In this document: one piece after another, positions 12,388 through 25,259 of the stretch | How the letters are laid out: every line of letters starts with the position of its first letter | How positions within the stretch are numbered: position 1 is the stretch's first letter | Translations under genes and position numbers: made by a program | Notes under the pieces: generated by a model | Seen by the model: only the letters and a program-made list of their open reading frames with translations | What the model was told of the DNA's origin: nothing | The model's database searches: none | Origin: Bispira polyomma | Lineage: Eukaryota | Assembly (NCBI GenBank): GCA_965649765.1 | Contig: OZ287756.1 | Location: forward strand, 41,788,001 to 41,852,000 | Length of the DNA: 64,000 nt | Reading direction: 5' to 3'

Positions 12388-13623
12388 CTAGATGTTACCT
12401 TGGTGTTTGTCTGGCTGTTTACTTACATTCGCTTTAAAGCATTTGAACTCTGGGTGCGACGCGTCCTTTCCTAATGTCTTATTACAATACCAGCATACAT
12501 GACGATAATTGCCATGATCCGCCTTGTGAGTACACTTGTCATTATTAAACAGCTTACAGATGGATTTACTTTCTGAAGAAGCCCCGTTAGCCAAGTTACT
12601 GCCGTTGTTGCCTACCATAGGCATCTGGGAGGCACTGATGCGATTCAGTGCCCACTGAGTGTTGTCCTGCCAGGACAGCCTGCCTTCCTCGATCTCATGT
12701 ATACTGACAGCCCAGGCTGTCCTGACAGCAGGCCACGGAAGTGTGGCTGCATCCCGTAGTGCGTGTACCACTTGGTTCACCATAGCTTTCATTGTTGTTG
12801 GATCACTTACTTGTAGCGAGTTGGCCAGCTGGCCAGCCGCCCACTGTGGCAACGTGAGGTCGTCAAAGACTGGCCTTCGACGAGTCGATCCCCCACCCCA
12901 ACCTTCGTTAGACCATCTGAGTTTGGGATCAGCTAAAGTAATATCTGTGGAGTTATAACGACCAGACTTCTGGCTGATTGAGTGCTTACCCTGGACTAGA
13001 CCCCTCTGGGCCAAGGCTTCGTAGTCAGCTAGCTGCCTGGTAACGGCCGCCTGCACGTTTGGAAAATATCTTAACGCATTGAGACTGGGGACAATGCCAT
13101 CTGTGTTGTAACCCCGACCTGTTAGTGGTTGCATCATAGGTTGAGCCAGCGGCTGCGCAACCCTGTTGTACCTGGGAGGGGGAAGAGGTAACGAATAACC
13201 CTCATGTCTCTGTTGGACCACCGTACCATCCCTCATGGTGCGTAATGGAGAATTAGCAGGTGTAACTGTCTGTTTGTCCTCTACGAGTTGCAATCACCGG
13301 GTTATGTTAGCGTTGGAGGTCTCCAGACCACGCAGGATTGAAAGAACCTCGGACATGCTTTGTGACTCGACTTGTGACTGGGGTACGGCCTGAGATGAGA
13401 GCCCGGTTTGGCTAGATGATCCATTTGAACTGGTCAATAACTGAGAATCAATAAGAGGACACTGCGTGTCGGCAATGACTGTTCTATGTATTTCTGATTG
13501 ATCGTGAGTATTAGTAGTAGTTACCTGACCAGTACCCCTTTTCTTGGCTGTACTAGTTGAAGTTGTCTTTGTGGTCCGTTTCTTGCTGCTTAACACGGGA
13601 GTTGCTTTTGTTTTCCCCATTTC
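12388..13623 (-). pseudogene. gag-like ORF1 of element 1 (one frameshift at ~13293)
   Basis: Basic, Ser/Thr-rich N-terminus; KSGRYN...W..EG block; C-terminal CKLFN..KC.H...HVCWYC...H....C Zn motif. Homologous to 30830-31911 and 43159-44144. Confidence 0.85.
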
Positions 13624-13712
13624 ACACAACAATCACTAGTTCCCGTACCACGTCAGTTAATAAAAGAATAAAATATAAATAAAACCAATTCAGTGTAAAT
13701 ACATGGTTAAAA

Positions 13713-13936
13713 TTTCAATTTTTCTAAATGTCCTGTTCACAGGTGAAAACACAAATTCAATATGGAGGATAGCTATCCTAGCTAAGGGGTCACTAATAGC
13801 TAATACTGTGATTGGACAAGGCCTAGATGGACAGAAAGTTGGATAATGCTATTGCATTCGCTAGGGATTAAAGTAGTGTGATAGAAAAAGGAGGTTGGAC
13901 TGATGTAGCAGTCCCCTGGGGTGGACTTGCTATGCA
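13713..13936 (-). repeat. Element 1 terminal repeat A1 (5' end)
   Basis: Direct repeat of 4962-5185 with a handful of substitutions. Confidence 0.95.
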
Positions 13937-16900
13937 ATTCTGTTAACTCCTGATTATCAGTGCTATGAGTACATTCATTCTCACGAAATTCTATTTCCTG
14001 TTTTAGTTTGTTTTCTATTTTCAAGGTTTCACGTTTCAACATTGTGGAGAACTTAATAGTTTCTCCTCGGATCCTGAGCAACAAACATTCAAGGAATGTA
14101 TTATCATTTATTGAAAAGTGTAAGTCCTGATCCGGTATTTGTTCAAGATTACCATATTTATAGACTGGAACTGCATATCGAGCTTTCTCTTCCTCTATTA
14201 CTTTATTAATTAGGCTCAGATAATCCTCATTTTTAAACAGGCTTACATTAAATTTTCAGATACCCCTTCCTTTTTCAAATTTGTTTAAAATTAAGTCCAG
14301 TTCTAAAATTGAATGGTCGGTTCTGTATCCTGGTAAACTATCAGATTTATGAATAATATCAGTTAAAACATTTGACATCAAAAAATAATCAAGCCTAGCC
14401 TGTTTTAAGGGGTTCTTTTTCCTCAAAGTGTATCGCCTCTTGTTCGGAGGATTTAACCTGTAACAGTCAGTTAACCCAAAGTTTGAATCATCTACAACAC
14501 AGCCCTATGAGATCTAGGGTTGTTGATGCTCGTGTAGTTCATACAATCTTTGTGGATCAAGCACTAAGTTAAAATCTCCACATACAATTGTATATTGCTC
14601 ATCATTTGATTCAATAAATCCAGCCACCTGCCTAAAAAATTCAGGGGTGTCCGTATTTGGAGCATATAGGCTTATTAAACGCATTGAAAATGTGCTTAAT
14701 TTTAAGTCCATGACAAGTATATTTCCTTTTGTATCCTTAAAAACTGTCTTTATTTCACATTCAAAGTTATTGTTAATCAAAATTGCAACTCCTCTGCTAT
14801 TTGTACTATAGCCGTTAAGTATACATTCACCATTCCAGATAGATCGAACTGCCTTTTCATCTTTTTGTACCCAATGTGTGTCCTGAAGGCAAATTACACT
14901 CGGATGTAAGTCTTTTAGGTATTCTGAAACATCTGTTCTTTTTTTTTTATCTTGTAAGCCTTGACAGTTTATTGATAACACCTTCACTGTATCAAAAATA
15001 GGCATATATGTAATGACCTCTAATAGGGCTCTGAGCTGACCGCTTCACACAATTCGAAGTGAGCTCGTTTGGGCGTCAATGAATTTTGTAGCATTTTGCC
15101 TCAGCATTTGGATTCATTTTCTTATTGAGTCGAAAGCAATTTGCACAAATATGTTTAAATATCATGTTATTGCCTTCATGATCTTTCTGATGTTGGCATG
15201 CATTTTTGATAATGCCTGCAGGGCATCTCATTCTTGTTGGAAATTCGAGGAGGAAATTAACATTAAGGCCTGACAATAAGAAAGACTGTTCATGGTCCCT
15301 TTGGTGTAGATGACCCAACTAAAACGCCCCTATTCAACATCATGCATATTGCTGGCAAAAGCACCCCAAGAGATCTCCCAAGAGATGTTGGATGCATCCT
15401 TGAGGGTGTCTGTTAACTAGAAAAGCATGGCTTGTGAAATGGTAGGGTTTTTAACTTCAAGTATATTTTGAATCTGCCTAGCAGAAAACTGTTAGACTGA
15501 TAACTTGTTGAAATAAACTCGTTTTTTGCTTACAACAGATAAGCAGGCCTCGTTCGCCCAAAGCTTCACAGAGTAAGATACACACACTTTTGAAGTATTA
15601 TAACATCCCGAATTACGTTTGATGGTCAGCTTACCTTGGAGACTCCAGTCTGTGGCCCAGGCTTCAAATCATGCTAGCCGTTGAGACACCTCATTCTGGA
15701 TGAGCGATGACTGCTTTAAAACTTCGGGAGTCAGTAAAATGGAGTCTTTGAGAGCACGTTGGGTTGTTTCGTGGTCATACTTGTCATGCAGACTAGTTGG
15801 TTGATGTGTTGAGAAATCTGCTGTGAGAGGTTGGGGTACGAATACGCTGGCGGAGTTTCCTCTGTTGGTGTCATAAAGCCCTAGTGGAGTGGGAACTTTG
15901 AGGTGTGTTATGAGTAGAAACACAAGCAGTCTCTGTCTTTTCGGATTTTAAATATGACACATCTTCTTGTAGTTAAGAAACTGTTGTTAATAACGTTTCC
16001 ATCATAGTTTGCTAAATTGAGTATGCATCACAGTAAAATTTATCATTACTCACTTGCTCACTTCTCCCAGAAACACTGCTACAGTCGTCACTGTTGAAAA
16101 TGGTTTGGTTAAGAAAGCTATTCTCTGTGTCTATAGTACGTTTGCATCTATTTTCGACTGACTGTGAATGATTTCACATCTGGAGCACGAAGCTGTGTCA
16201 ATAGAACTTTTCTTTTTTTCTCTACCCATTTTAAACAAGTATCCACACAAAATAGCACAAAAGATGTACAGTATCGGCCTCTGTATGAAAAGTATCTTTG
16301 TAGAATAATAAACACTTAAGAAAGCAATTTGATTTTTAAGAATATTTTATAAAAAATTCTAATATGTCTGCTGATTTCTTAAGATTTTTGTTGTTAGTCT
16401 TTTTGTTGTTGGTAGCTTGACTTCTGACTTATTAGTGAGCTTATAATGAAAAGGGTGCAAAAACGCCAAGAAGTGTAAGCATGTGATTGGGTGCTGATAC
16501 ACAGATGCAGCACTGGGGTTGGAGTAGCTGTGATAAACAAATAATTTGAAATAGACGGTACTGTAATGTATAACATTTTCGAGGCTGAGTAGCCAAGAAT
16601 GGTTTCAAGTAATTTTAAGGTCCAAACTTTATAATTCAATTACTTCAAGAACAATTCTAAGTTAAACTCAACTTGAGTTTTCTTAACCCCTGAAAAGCCT
16701 TTAGCTTGGAGGTGACCGTAACATGAAGTTAAGGATATCATGATTTATTTTACCCTAATTTTGAAAACAATGGATTAATTAAGTAAGTTAACCTTAAGAT
16801 GAGTTAAGGTTATTATAATTTGTTTTATCCCAATTTTTGAAACAATGGATTAATTAAGAATGACCTTAGAGTATAAGTTAATGTCACCCTAAAGTAAGTA

Positions 16901-18339
16901 CAATGTAACAATTGTGTTTAAGGTTCAAAGTGAAGTGATGTTCACTTTGTATACTTAAGTATAAAGTTAGAATAACGGGTTGCATGAGTACCTGATGCAA
17001 ATTGTGTGAAAAGTATAACTATAGATGTAAATTTATTTAGCATACCAGAATGATTAAGTTAAGGGCTGTAGTGAAAATGTCCAAAAGGTGTTGCGCTTTA
17101 GAAGATGCCTAGCATTAATAATTCGCTTAAAAAATGCATAATAATAATATCTTTCCCTCCAATATTCTGTCGATCATTCTTCAGCCAATCATGCATTTTT
17201 TCACCTTTCACATTTTCTCTTCTCCACTCCATTTTGGAATTAAAAATTGAAAAGCAAACACTAGAAACAAATATTCATGAAGCCACCACCTCCTATAATC
17301 TCAGCTAATAAGTAGGTCTCTGTATATCCATGTCATTCTTTCTTTTGTGGTTTTGTATAACAATTCAGTTTACTGTTTCCTATAGATCCTGCATGTATGT
17401 ATTCTTAATTAATGCAGTAAACTATCTGATTAGGGATTCATGGCTGCCCACACAATTTGCTGGTGGCCCCTACCGGACTTACCTATGCATGCTGAGGCAT
17501 AATTCTTAATATTGTGTCTTCTTTTTTCCTTGTCTTCTGTCCATTAGCAACATGCATGTTATGAGGAAATATTTCAGGGTCAAAAATGCCAATGTAGCTG
17601 TGTGCTGTCAAATACGGCAGAGTTAATATGATATATGGTCAAAAATATAGGCTGTATACAGTCTTTCTTACTATTTTGTTGTAAAATATACCATAATGTT
17701 CATTATTTAGATGCCAACGAGTACAGGCTAGTCCTATATCCCGAAATCATCCACGGAAGCACCCACTGGGCGATAGGGTGAAATTGGAGAGAAACCAGGG
17801 GTGGGCGATTACGTGAGCATTGACCATTATGAAGTAGGATGCTAGCAAACAAGGTCAACAAATTACATCATACCAAAAACTAGATGTTTTGTTTACGTTG
17901 GGCTATACTAAAACAATATAATATGGATGTATTAAACAAGGGAAAGTAGTTTTTATTAAGTAATTATTATATATATCACCTATGGTACGTGTTTTTATGT
18001 GTAAAATTAGATATTTTGCAGCTTTTTAGCCCATTTTAGGGGTGGGCGATTGTTGGTATTTTATGTCCAACAGCCCATGACTTTTTTGGGTTAAACCTTT
18101 GTATGAAATGATTAACAAGATACATATGTAAAAAAAGAGATTGTATCAAATAAAACTGCAGCTTAAAAAGTAGTTACACACATCGAGATAAAAGTCATAA
18201 AATAAACTGAAGGAAACACAAAATATTGAATAGAATAATTCACAAGTTCTAAACAGTATTAAAAAGATATGTCTTTAATCTGATCTAATTTAATCTAACT
18301 TGTATAGCTTATCTCTGTGCTATCAGATTCTAAGGCGCA

Positions 18340-19237
18340 TGTCTTTGTCACTGCCACGAAGTAGCATGGCTAGTCAGCCGCGGAAATGCTATACTTTACT
18401 GTACTTCTATTTTCAAACTATTTGCTTATCACAGTCACTCCTCACCCCAACGCTGCATTCAGATAACACCTCCACTCTCCTCGGCGTTTCCCGCCTTTCT
18501 TATACTCTCACTGATAAGTCAGAAGATAAATCTCTCTTACTCTCCCCAGCGCTATGATAAGCTCATTATTAAGTCAGAAATCAAACTAACAACATCAAAA
18601 ATCTCCCAACCCTCCTCCCTTGTACATATTTGTAGAATATCTAAGGATTGTGGGTTTAACACTCACTTCTTTGCCTTAGGGCATTAATTCTTTTAAAATT
18701 GTTTAAGCTATGATTGGTTATTTTTTACCATATTGCTTTATCTTTTATGTTTAACTATGATTGGTTATATTTACCATATTGCTACAGTAGCATTTTAATT
18801 TTAGTTATCACTGCTTATATTTACCATATTGCTGTACTAGCATGTTAGTTTATTTTGTAGTTATCATTGGTTATATTTACCATATTGCTTTATTTTCTTA
18901 TTTTTAGCTATGATTGGTTATACTTACCATATTGCTACTAGCATTTTATTCTTAGTCATCATTGGTTATATTTACCATGTTGCTTTGTCTATGAGTTCCC
19001 TTACTCTTATATTTTATCTTATGTGTTGGGTTTTTTAAACCCTTTACTTGCTTATTGGCATGTTAAAATTTTAGTTCTTATCTAAAATTTTCTGTACATA
19101 GAAGCTAAACATTTATAAACTAAAGATTTATAAATAAATATCCCAAACTGCATCTGACCTCTTACCTTTCAAAACCTCACACACAAGGTCAAACTACCAT
19201 CTTATGACCTTGACCTTAAACTCATTTCATTCGGCTG
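18340..19237 (+). mobile_element. 0.9-kb non-coding insertion, probably a non-autonomous derivative of the element 0 family
   Basis: Absent from the duplicate (empty site GGCA-TG-AGAC at 60202-60211). Flanked only by TG. Its first ~130 bp resemble the reverse complement of the element 0 5' repeat (57800-57930 and 16490-16594). Confidence 0.7.
18708..18987. repeat. Minisatellite, 6 copies of a ~47-55 bp unit with core ATTGGTTATATTTACCATATTGCT
   Basis: The repeated core is read directly from the sequence; the linkers are related AT-rich sequences. Confidence 0.9.
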
Positions 19238-21135
19238 AGACAGAAAAGCATTTGACAATTTTATATAGCCTTTGGATGTACAGAAGTTATGACCATAGAG
19301 AGCCTGAAGAAGGTAAGGTGACTGAGGTAGAGAATCCTTGTTTAATAGGTAGGTTTTAAGCTTTTTCCTAAAACAGGCAAGTGAGGAGGCAGTGCGAATA
19401 TCATGAGGCAGATCATTCCAAAGCTTAGAAGCATTATATGAGAAACTATTGTTTCAATGTATTTTTGACTTGTGAACTGATCCCACAAAGGTAGAGAAAA
19501 GGTAAGAAAGCATTCTGAGGCCTTGGATTGCGTTTAACAATTTTTTGAAATCATGACAAGGTATGGCTGATGTAATAGTTGCAGGTAATTTGTTCTACTC
19601 TCTTAGTATGGCTAATTTAAATTATTGTGTAGATGTGCTGGATCTTAATAGATGTTCCTGAAGCTTGTTATCTGTGCTTGATCTTAAAGTTCGATTTAGG
19701 TGCAACAGTTCTGACAGGACTGATCCCTGTGGTACTCAAAAAAATAAGTTAATTTTGTCCAATGTTGTACCATTGATTAGAACAGTCTGTCGATTAGGAT
19801 CTGATGACCAATTGTGTCAAAAGCAGCAGTTGAAATTTGTTTATTAATGTCACTTTGCAAATGCAGTAGGGCAGTTTCTGTTGAGTGACATTTATGGTAG
19901 GCCCGTTGAGTTTTCTGCCCTAAACTGTCATGCTGGGGATGATATTTTAGTCTAAGAGCAACAACTATGTTTTTCGTACTATACAATGGTTTTACAATTG
20001 TAATTAAGGCTCGTTAAAATATTTTAATACAACATGATGAAATATTTATACAATGTGCGGTATATCTAAAAGAAATCTGAAATAAAGTGATATTACGCTC
20101 ATGAGGCATGTTACTTGCAAAACATATTGACTTTTGTGGTTGATATCTGTACTGTAGTCCATTAGCTAAACAGCTTAACCTTGTTATTTTTTGTTACTGC
20201 ACACAAGTATTGGGGTGTCATTGGTCTGAGATATGTTGCATCTGTATTTACTTATCATTATCTGTCATTAACATTTAAATTCCAATTTTAATTGATAACA
20301 ATAGCTAAAAGTGATTTAAAGCAAGTCACATATAAATGACTACATACCAGATAATAAAGCTGCCAAAAACTGGTGGTTTCAGGAAAGTAATATATAAATA
20401 GCATAGCAGTTTATAATAATCTATTACTCATGGTACAATGCCAAAATGATAAATCTTTACTCATTCTAAAGAACGACTAATGTACAAGTGTAGTAAAAAA
20501 AAAACAATAAAAATAAATATTTATTTAAAACAATGAAGAAGTTCTTGATGTAGTTATTTTATTTTTGCTCTAACAATCGCAAGTTCCATTACATATTTCA
20601 CATGTTTGTAACTGTCACACTGCAAGTCTCATTCTCACGTTTAGTAAATTGAAGTAGTTGACGATAAAGGTGTAGTAGTAGTTGTCTTTTCAGGTGTAGT
20701 TGTAGTTGTCTCACCTAAACAAATACAGCATTGAGTCAGTACAGCATGACTGTGGCAACCAAAACTACTCTTATTTTGTTACATTTGTGGTTCTAACGTT
20801 TTTTGGGATTACTACATTTGTTGTCGGACATTGCTTCATTTGTTGTTATAGCTACATATGTGGTTGGAAATTGTTACATTTGTGGTTATAGTTATATTTA
20901 TAGTTTTTGTTACGTTTATGGTTGGCACACACGACTTCCACTTTCATGAGTTAAAAGTTGGAGTTGCCCGAGTAACACAGAGTTATAACTTTTGGTTGAC
21001 TGGAAACTCGGCCCAAAAATGGATAACCATAATGCAGTGTCAGAGTAACCTATGACCGTGCAATGAGTAAGAACGAGGACCAAAGAGTTGCCAAAATGTA
21101 TACCAAGTTGCAAGGAGTTATACAAAGATTACACC

Positions 21136-21474
21136 ATTTGCAAAGATTCTTATTATTAGCATTACAGTTATTCTTAAAAAAAATTGACAATTTGTCTTAG
21201 ATTAGGAAATTTTTAAGAAAAATTATAAAAATAACACTTTAAAATTTGTTTTATTCCTATTCTTTGACTTTTTACATAAAAAATTAAATAAGGCTAAAAT
21301 CTAAGAATAGAACAAAAATGGGCAACTTTGTGGGTAGTAATTCTGCACAAAAATTCAAGATTAAGAAAGCAACAAATGTTAAAAAAATATTCTCAGAATT
21401 TTTCTTAGAAAATTCTTGGATTAAAAAAAGAATAAGAGTAATTTTAAGAATAAGAATCTTTGTAAATATGGCCC
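21136..21474. mobile_element. MITE (Harbinger-like TIR), left tip deleted; duplicate of 62117-62468
   Basis: ATTTGCAAAGATTCTTATT ... AATAAGAATCTTTGTAAATATGGCCC inverted repeats. Confidence 0.7.
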
Positions 21475-24400
21475 AGGAGTAACCAAGAATGAATCTTAGT
21501 CTAGTAGTTAGTTATGTGGAGCTCTTACAGACTTCTCAAGAGTTAACATAACTTTCTAGCTCTTGTTATCTCTGGTTTAAGCCTGGACAAGCATCTTGCT
21601 AGCCTATGGATGAATTGGGAGAACTCATGAGAAGCCTGTGACAGCTCAGGAATAACTGTACATGTCCATTGCTTGGCTTTTGTCGAATTATGCATGACTC
21701 TTGACAGGTATTTAAAAAAATCTCCATAACTCAGCTTGGCTCTTAGGCTGCAAAGACCTGCAGAAGTTGTCCTGATTTATTAGGTTTTAAAATAACTTGT
21801 CCAATAGCTATATCCAGTTATTAGTTGTTTTCCTCAGTTGACCCAGAGTTATCATGAGTCCTCAACTTAGGCTAAAATTTTGAACATAGCAATAATAATA
21901 TTACTTATAGTAATACTACCTTTGTGCCACTGAAAAATAAAGTAAAATTTTAAAGTTGAAAAATCTGTCCATAGAGATGTCTGTTTAATTTCAGAAGGTA
22001 ACAACTATTAACCTGTTTTGAGGGTAACATTTAGTTTTGTCAAATAGAGACAAGGACATTTTATTCTGCCAATTATCATTATTGTATTGTCAGGAGTAGA
22101 ACCAGGGACAACCTGATAACCAGATCAACTCCATAACCACTAGGACATAGGAGACAATACAGCTATGGTTAAATTACAAAGGACATGTAAACCTAAAAGA
22201 AGTAATAAAAACATTGTACTTTAATGCTTTAAAAAATACCACATGTAATATAATATACCTATTGTAAACAAGAGGAAGTGACCTTCCGGGCACAAATCTC
22301 GAAGACATGTATCTATTTGTCAAGCTGTGTACCTAAAAGTAAACTAATATTATCTGTCTATCTGTCATTGTATAAGTTACAACAAAAAAAAGAATCTGTC
22401 TACTTGTCAAACTAAAAGTAAAAAAAAATAATCAACTGACTATTTGTCGACATGTCAACCTATAAGTTAAAAAAAAATATTTTTATTTTATTTTGATTTT
22501 GGTGTTGAAGCTTCTTGCTAGTGTATAGTCATGGGATACAATATTTTTGTCACATTATTTCGCAGATTTCTGGAGCTGCAAGTTTTACAAAAGTAACAGA
22601 AACAGAAATGTCAACCTTTAACAACAAAGCAAATATTTTTACAAAGAATAAATACTTTTGCATCTTCTGTCAAAATGTGAAGCCATTATTTAGATTAATA
22701 ACTGCGAAATAACATAATAATAATAATAATTACAGTATTTAATGTGCCAATATCTATCTAAAGATAATCACTGACACTACAAATTATTACCCCAAACCTA
22801 TTTTATATCATTAGGTAGCTCACAGAAGTTGCTTTGTTTACCTACAACTCCATCTTGATTGTTGAGGGTCAATTTGTCTGTTGTATGGAGCGATTTCATT
22901 GGTTACTGTATGAGCGATTCTGATTTGCTGATCAGACACATGTGACGATTCATAACAATAAATACTGCGTAATTGGGAAGCCCATGGATATATTTAGAAA
23001 GCAAATTGAAGGGAATAATGGATGAAGGGTGAATTTTTATTAGAAATGTTATTGTATTTGTATGACAAAATAAAGAGTTTATCTTATTTTCTGGTGTCCG
23101 AAATCTGTAGAAAAGGGTTGGTTTTTTACATCGAAATTAGAAATAAATTAATTATGAAGCCATATTATCTAAACTACGCACATATCAGCTGATATTCTTA
23201 GCGGAAGAAAGACAGAATATATATATATCTATATATTAGGGAGTATCTATTAGTATGCAGTACCATTTACCAACATACGTTTTCATTTAAGAAGCAAATT
23301 TAAGCGATTAATATAAGACGAAAGGTAAATTTTAGAAATGCTATATGTATTTGTATGACAAAATAAAGAGTTTATCTTACTTACTTTTGTTCCGAAATGT
23401 CCAGATAAGGGCTTGATTTTTAAAATAATAATAATCCGTGGATATATTCACTAAAAATAAAGCATGCACTATTTTTTTTATATACTTCCACGACATATTA
23501 CCTACAGAGATAGATTCACATGTTTTTATTAGCCCTCACTGCAATAAATAAACAGCATCATTTTGAAATATGAGTATTGTTTTCTCTTATTTTTAGATAT
23601 AATTGCTTTTTAAACGAAAACGTATACATCCCCTTCATTTTATATAATACGCATGGGGTATATATAAAAATATATATATATATAGAGATTAATTGAATTT
23701 AAATTTACGTACTGTTCCTGGACAAAATATCTATATACTTTGCAAATGCTTTCAAATCTGTTTACAGCTCTTGCAATACTCGCTATATACACATAATCGT
23801 TTAGAAGTAAAAAATATTGTTTCCTCAACATATTTAACCCCAAGTACACACAATATCTTATATTTTTTTATTGAAGCATGTGTATATGGCCGTTTTGAAG
23901 ACAGAGTAATTTATTCTATATATGTCTATTTTAATCGGCCAATCAGAAACTCACCCCATCTGTAACAATATTTGTACTTGTATATGCTGTGTATATATAC
24001 TTGGGGTACCATGACCGTTTCAAATAATCTATACATATATATTTTTACTTTGCCATTCATAAACACCTTATATCTTCATTTCATTTTCATATTATTTCCT
24101 ACCTTATATCGATGGATATCCAAGTATATTGTAGTTTGAATATGTGAGTGAAGTATATCAGTGCACATAACCACAATAATAATAAATCATTTTGCCATAC
24201 ACAACATTGCTTTGAAGTAGTCAAATGGCCATTCAAGTATCTATATACCTGTAGACGAGTACACAGATGGCGGAAGAAGGGTTGAGTTTCTGATTGGCGG
24301 TTTAAAAATTGTTTAGTACTACAAATATGTCGGTTTCGAAAGCTATCGAAGTCTGGTAAACTCAAGAAATATTGATGGATTAAGCAACTATATATGCCTA

Positions 24401-24903
24401 CAAGGTGATATTTTGTCAAATTTTTATATTTTTATAACATTAATATTTTTTTGATTAAGGGCAATTTGGTTTCTATTCGACACTTCTTACCCATCGTTTT
24501 GAGAAATTGTATCTATCTTCTGTTTAAGGTCTTAAAAATAAAACACACACTGTAGTGTGGCGTCGTCTAGCGGTCGAAACCAAAATTGAAATATGTGCGC
24601 TCTCGCGATTTAGAAGAAATATAGAAGAAATAGATATATCCCGTCAGTATGGGTGTATATATATTGTACATATATCCCCAACCCTAGTCTTTGTTATATA
24701 TATAAATGCATTTTGAAACCTACGACCAGGATTGGCTCCACGAAAAATAGACATAAGTAAATATGCGGCAATTGCGAGATCAAAGATTAAATCTTAATTT
24801 ACAAACAAAATAAAATAATAAATTGATATATTAATGCTTCTGACTCGTCCTTAGTAGCAACCACATGAAACTGCCAAAAACTGACTTAAAATAATGGATG
24901 GAA

Positions 24904-24920
24904 CTAGAAGAAAGTGCTGT
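24904..24920 (-). CDS. Coding exon 3 of the secreted Cys-rich peptide gene ((D)STFF-stop)
   Basis: Strong acceptor (T11)GCAG; phase 1 matches exon 2; TAG stop at 24906-24904. Confidence 0.7.
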
Positions 24921-25157
24921 CTGCAAAAAAAAAAACATGTATCTACTACATGATATACTACAATAATATTTTGAATTCTTATTACAAATAGTATAAAGTT
25001 ATATACTAAATAAAGCAATAACAAAGATAAAAATCAGAAGTGGACTTATGCATTGACAGAATATATGTGGGTATGTGAGATAAACAATTTAGTCAGAGTT
25101 ACTACATTTAGCTGACAGTTGTATGTTGGGAGATTTGGTTGAAAACATCAAACTTAC

Positions 25158-25259
25158 CCATGCAAACAGAGATACATTGGTTGTATTTAACCTTGAAGCT
25201 GAGTTGTGGCTTACAGCACTGGTTACAAGGCTCCTCAGTGACAGGGTCTGTAACTGGAA
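25158..25259 (-). CDS. Coding exon 2 of the secreted Cys-rich peptide gene ((V)PVTDPVTEEPCNQCCKPQLSFKVKYNQCISVCM)
   Basis: Acceptor CACTTTTAG, consensus donor G|GTAAGT, 102-nt phase 1-1 open exon; a homologous exon lies at 28847-28946. Confidence 0.85.

Larger units (their letters stand above)
3934..13936 (-). mobile_element. Near-complete Ngaro/PAT-type YR retrotransposon 'element 1' with split direct repeats (A1-gag-pol-YR-B1-A2-spacer-B2)
   Basis: A1 (13713-13936) matches A2 (4962-5185), and B1 (5186-5339) matches B2 (3934-4087). gag, RT, RNase H and YR ORFs lie between them in that order. No integrase, protease or long TSD. Confidence 0.93.
1040..15010 (-). mobile_element. L1/Tx1-clade LINE (ORF2 only, decayed), split by a Ngaro insertion at 3934-13936
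   Basis: APE endonuclease at 14514-15005 (SINCQGL, CLQDTH, GDFN). RT at 2322-3591 (NWRPISLL, DFEKAFDS, QFADD). C-terminal Zn knuckle CRLC..EESIIHLFARC. The reading frame DNQELTE|LRETQLNG is continuous across the insertion. Confidence 0.92.
1..16600 (-). mobile_element. Degenerate YR (DIRS/Ngaro-like) retrotransposon 'element 0'; host of the nested L1/Ngaro/L2 stack; continues left of the window
   Basis: YR N-terminus at 1-260 (SYRPRTQKQYDNQFRLFLSF). RNase H C-terminus at 267-640 (HIPGKDNIIANVLS). RT remnants at 640-1030 (LQYIEFGFP). gag with a Cys/His knuckle at 15076-15920 (CQHQKDH...HICANC). 5' repeat at ~16400-16600. Confidence 0.8.
18277..19960 (-). mobile_element. Old, internally deleted L2 LINE 3' remnant (tail type as 7068-10483)
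   Basis: TTAGA-like tail, CGCCTTAGAAT 3' motif, and remnant peptides HSTETALL, AAFDTI and FRKKLKTYL. The duplicate copy is at 60141-60900. Confidence 0.8.

Noticed and set aside
18708-18987. CRISPR-like repeat/spacer appearance
   Set aside because: The linkers are related to each other, the repeats are degenerate, no cas genes are present and the context is eukaryotic. It is a minisatellite.
19800-19830. CTGATGA hammerhead core
   Set aside because: It lies in antisense L2 RT remnant sequence with no matching GAAA core or stems.
22800-24800. AT-rich stretch with internal direct (23030/23327) and inverted (23930/24262) repeats, possibly a non-autonomous DNA element
   Set aside because: I could not define termini or a TSD, so it is not called as a feature.
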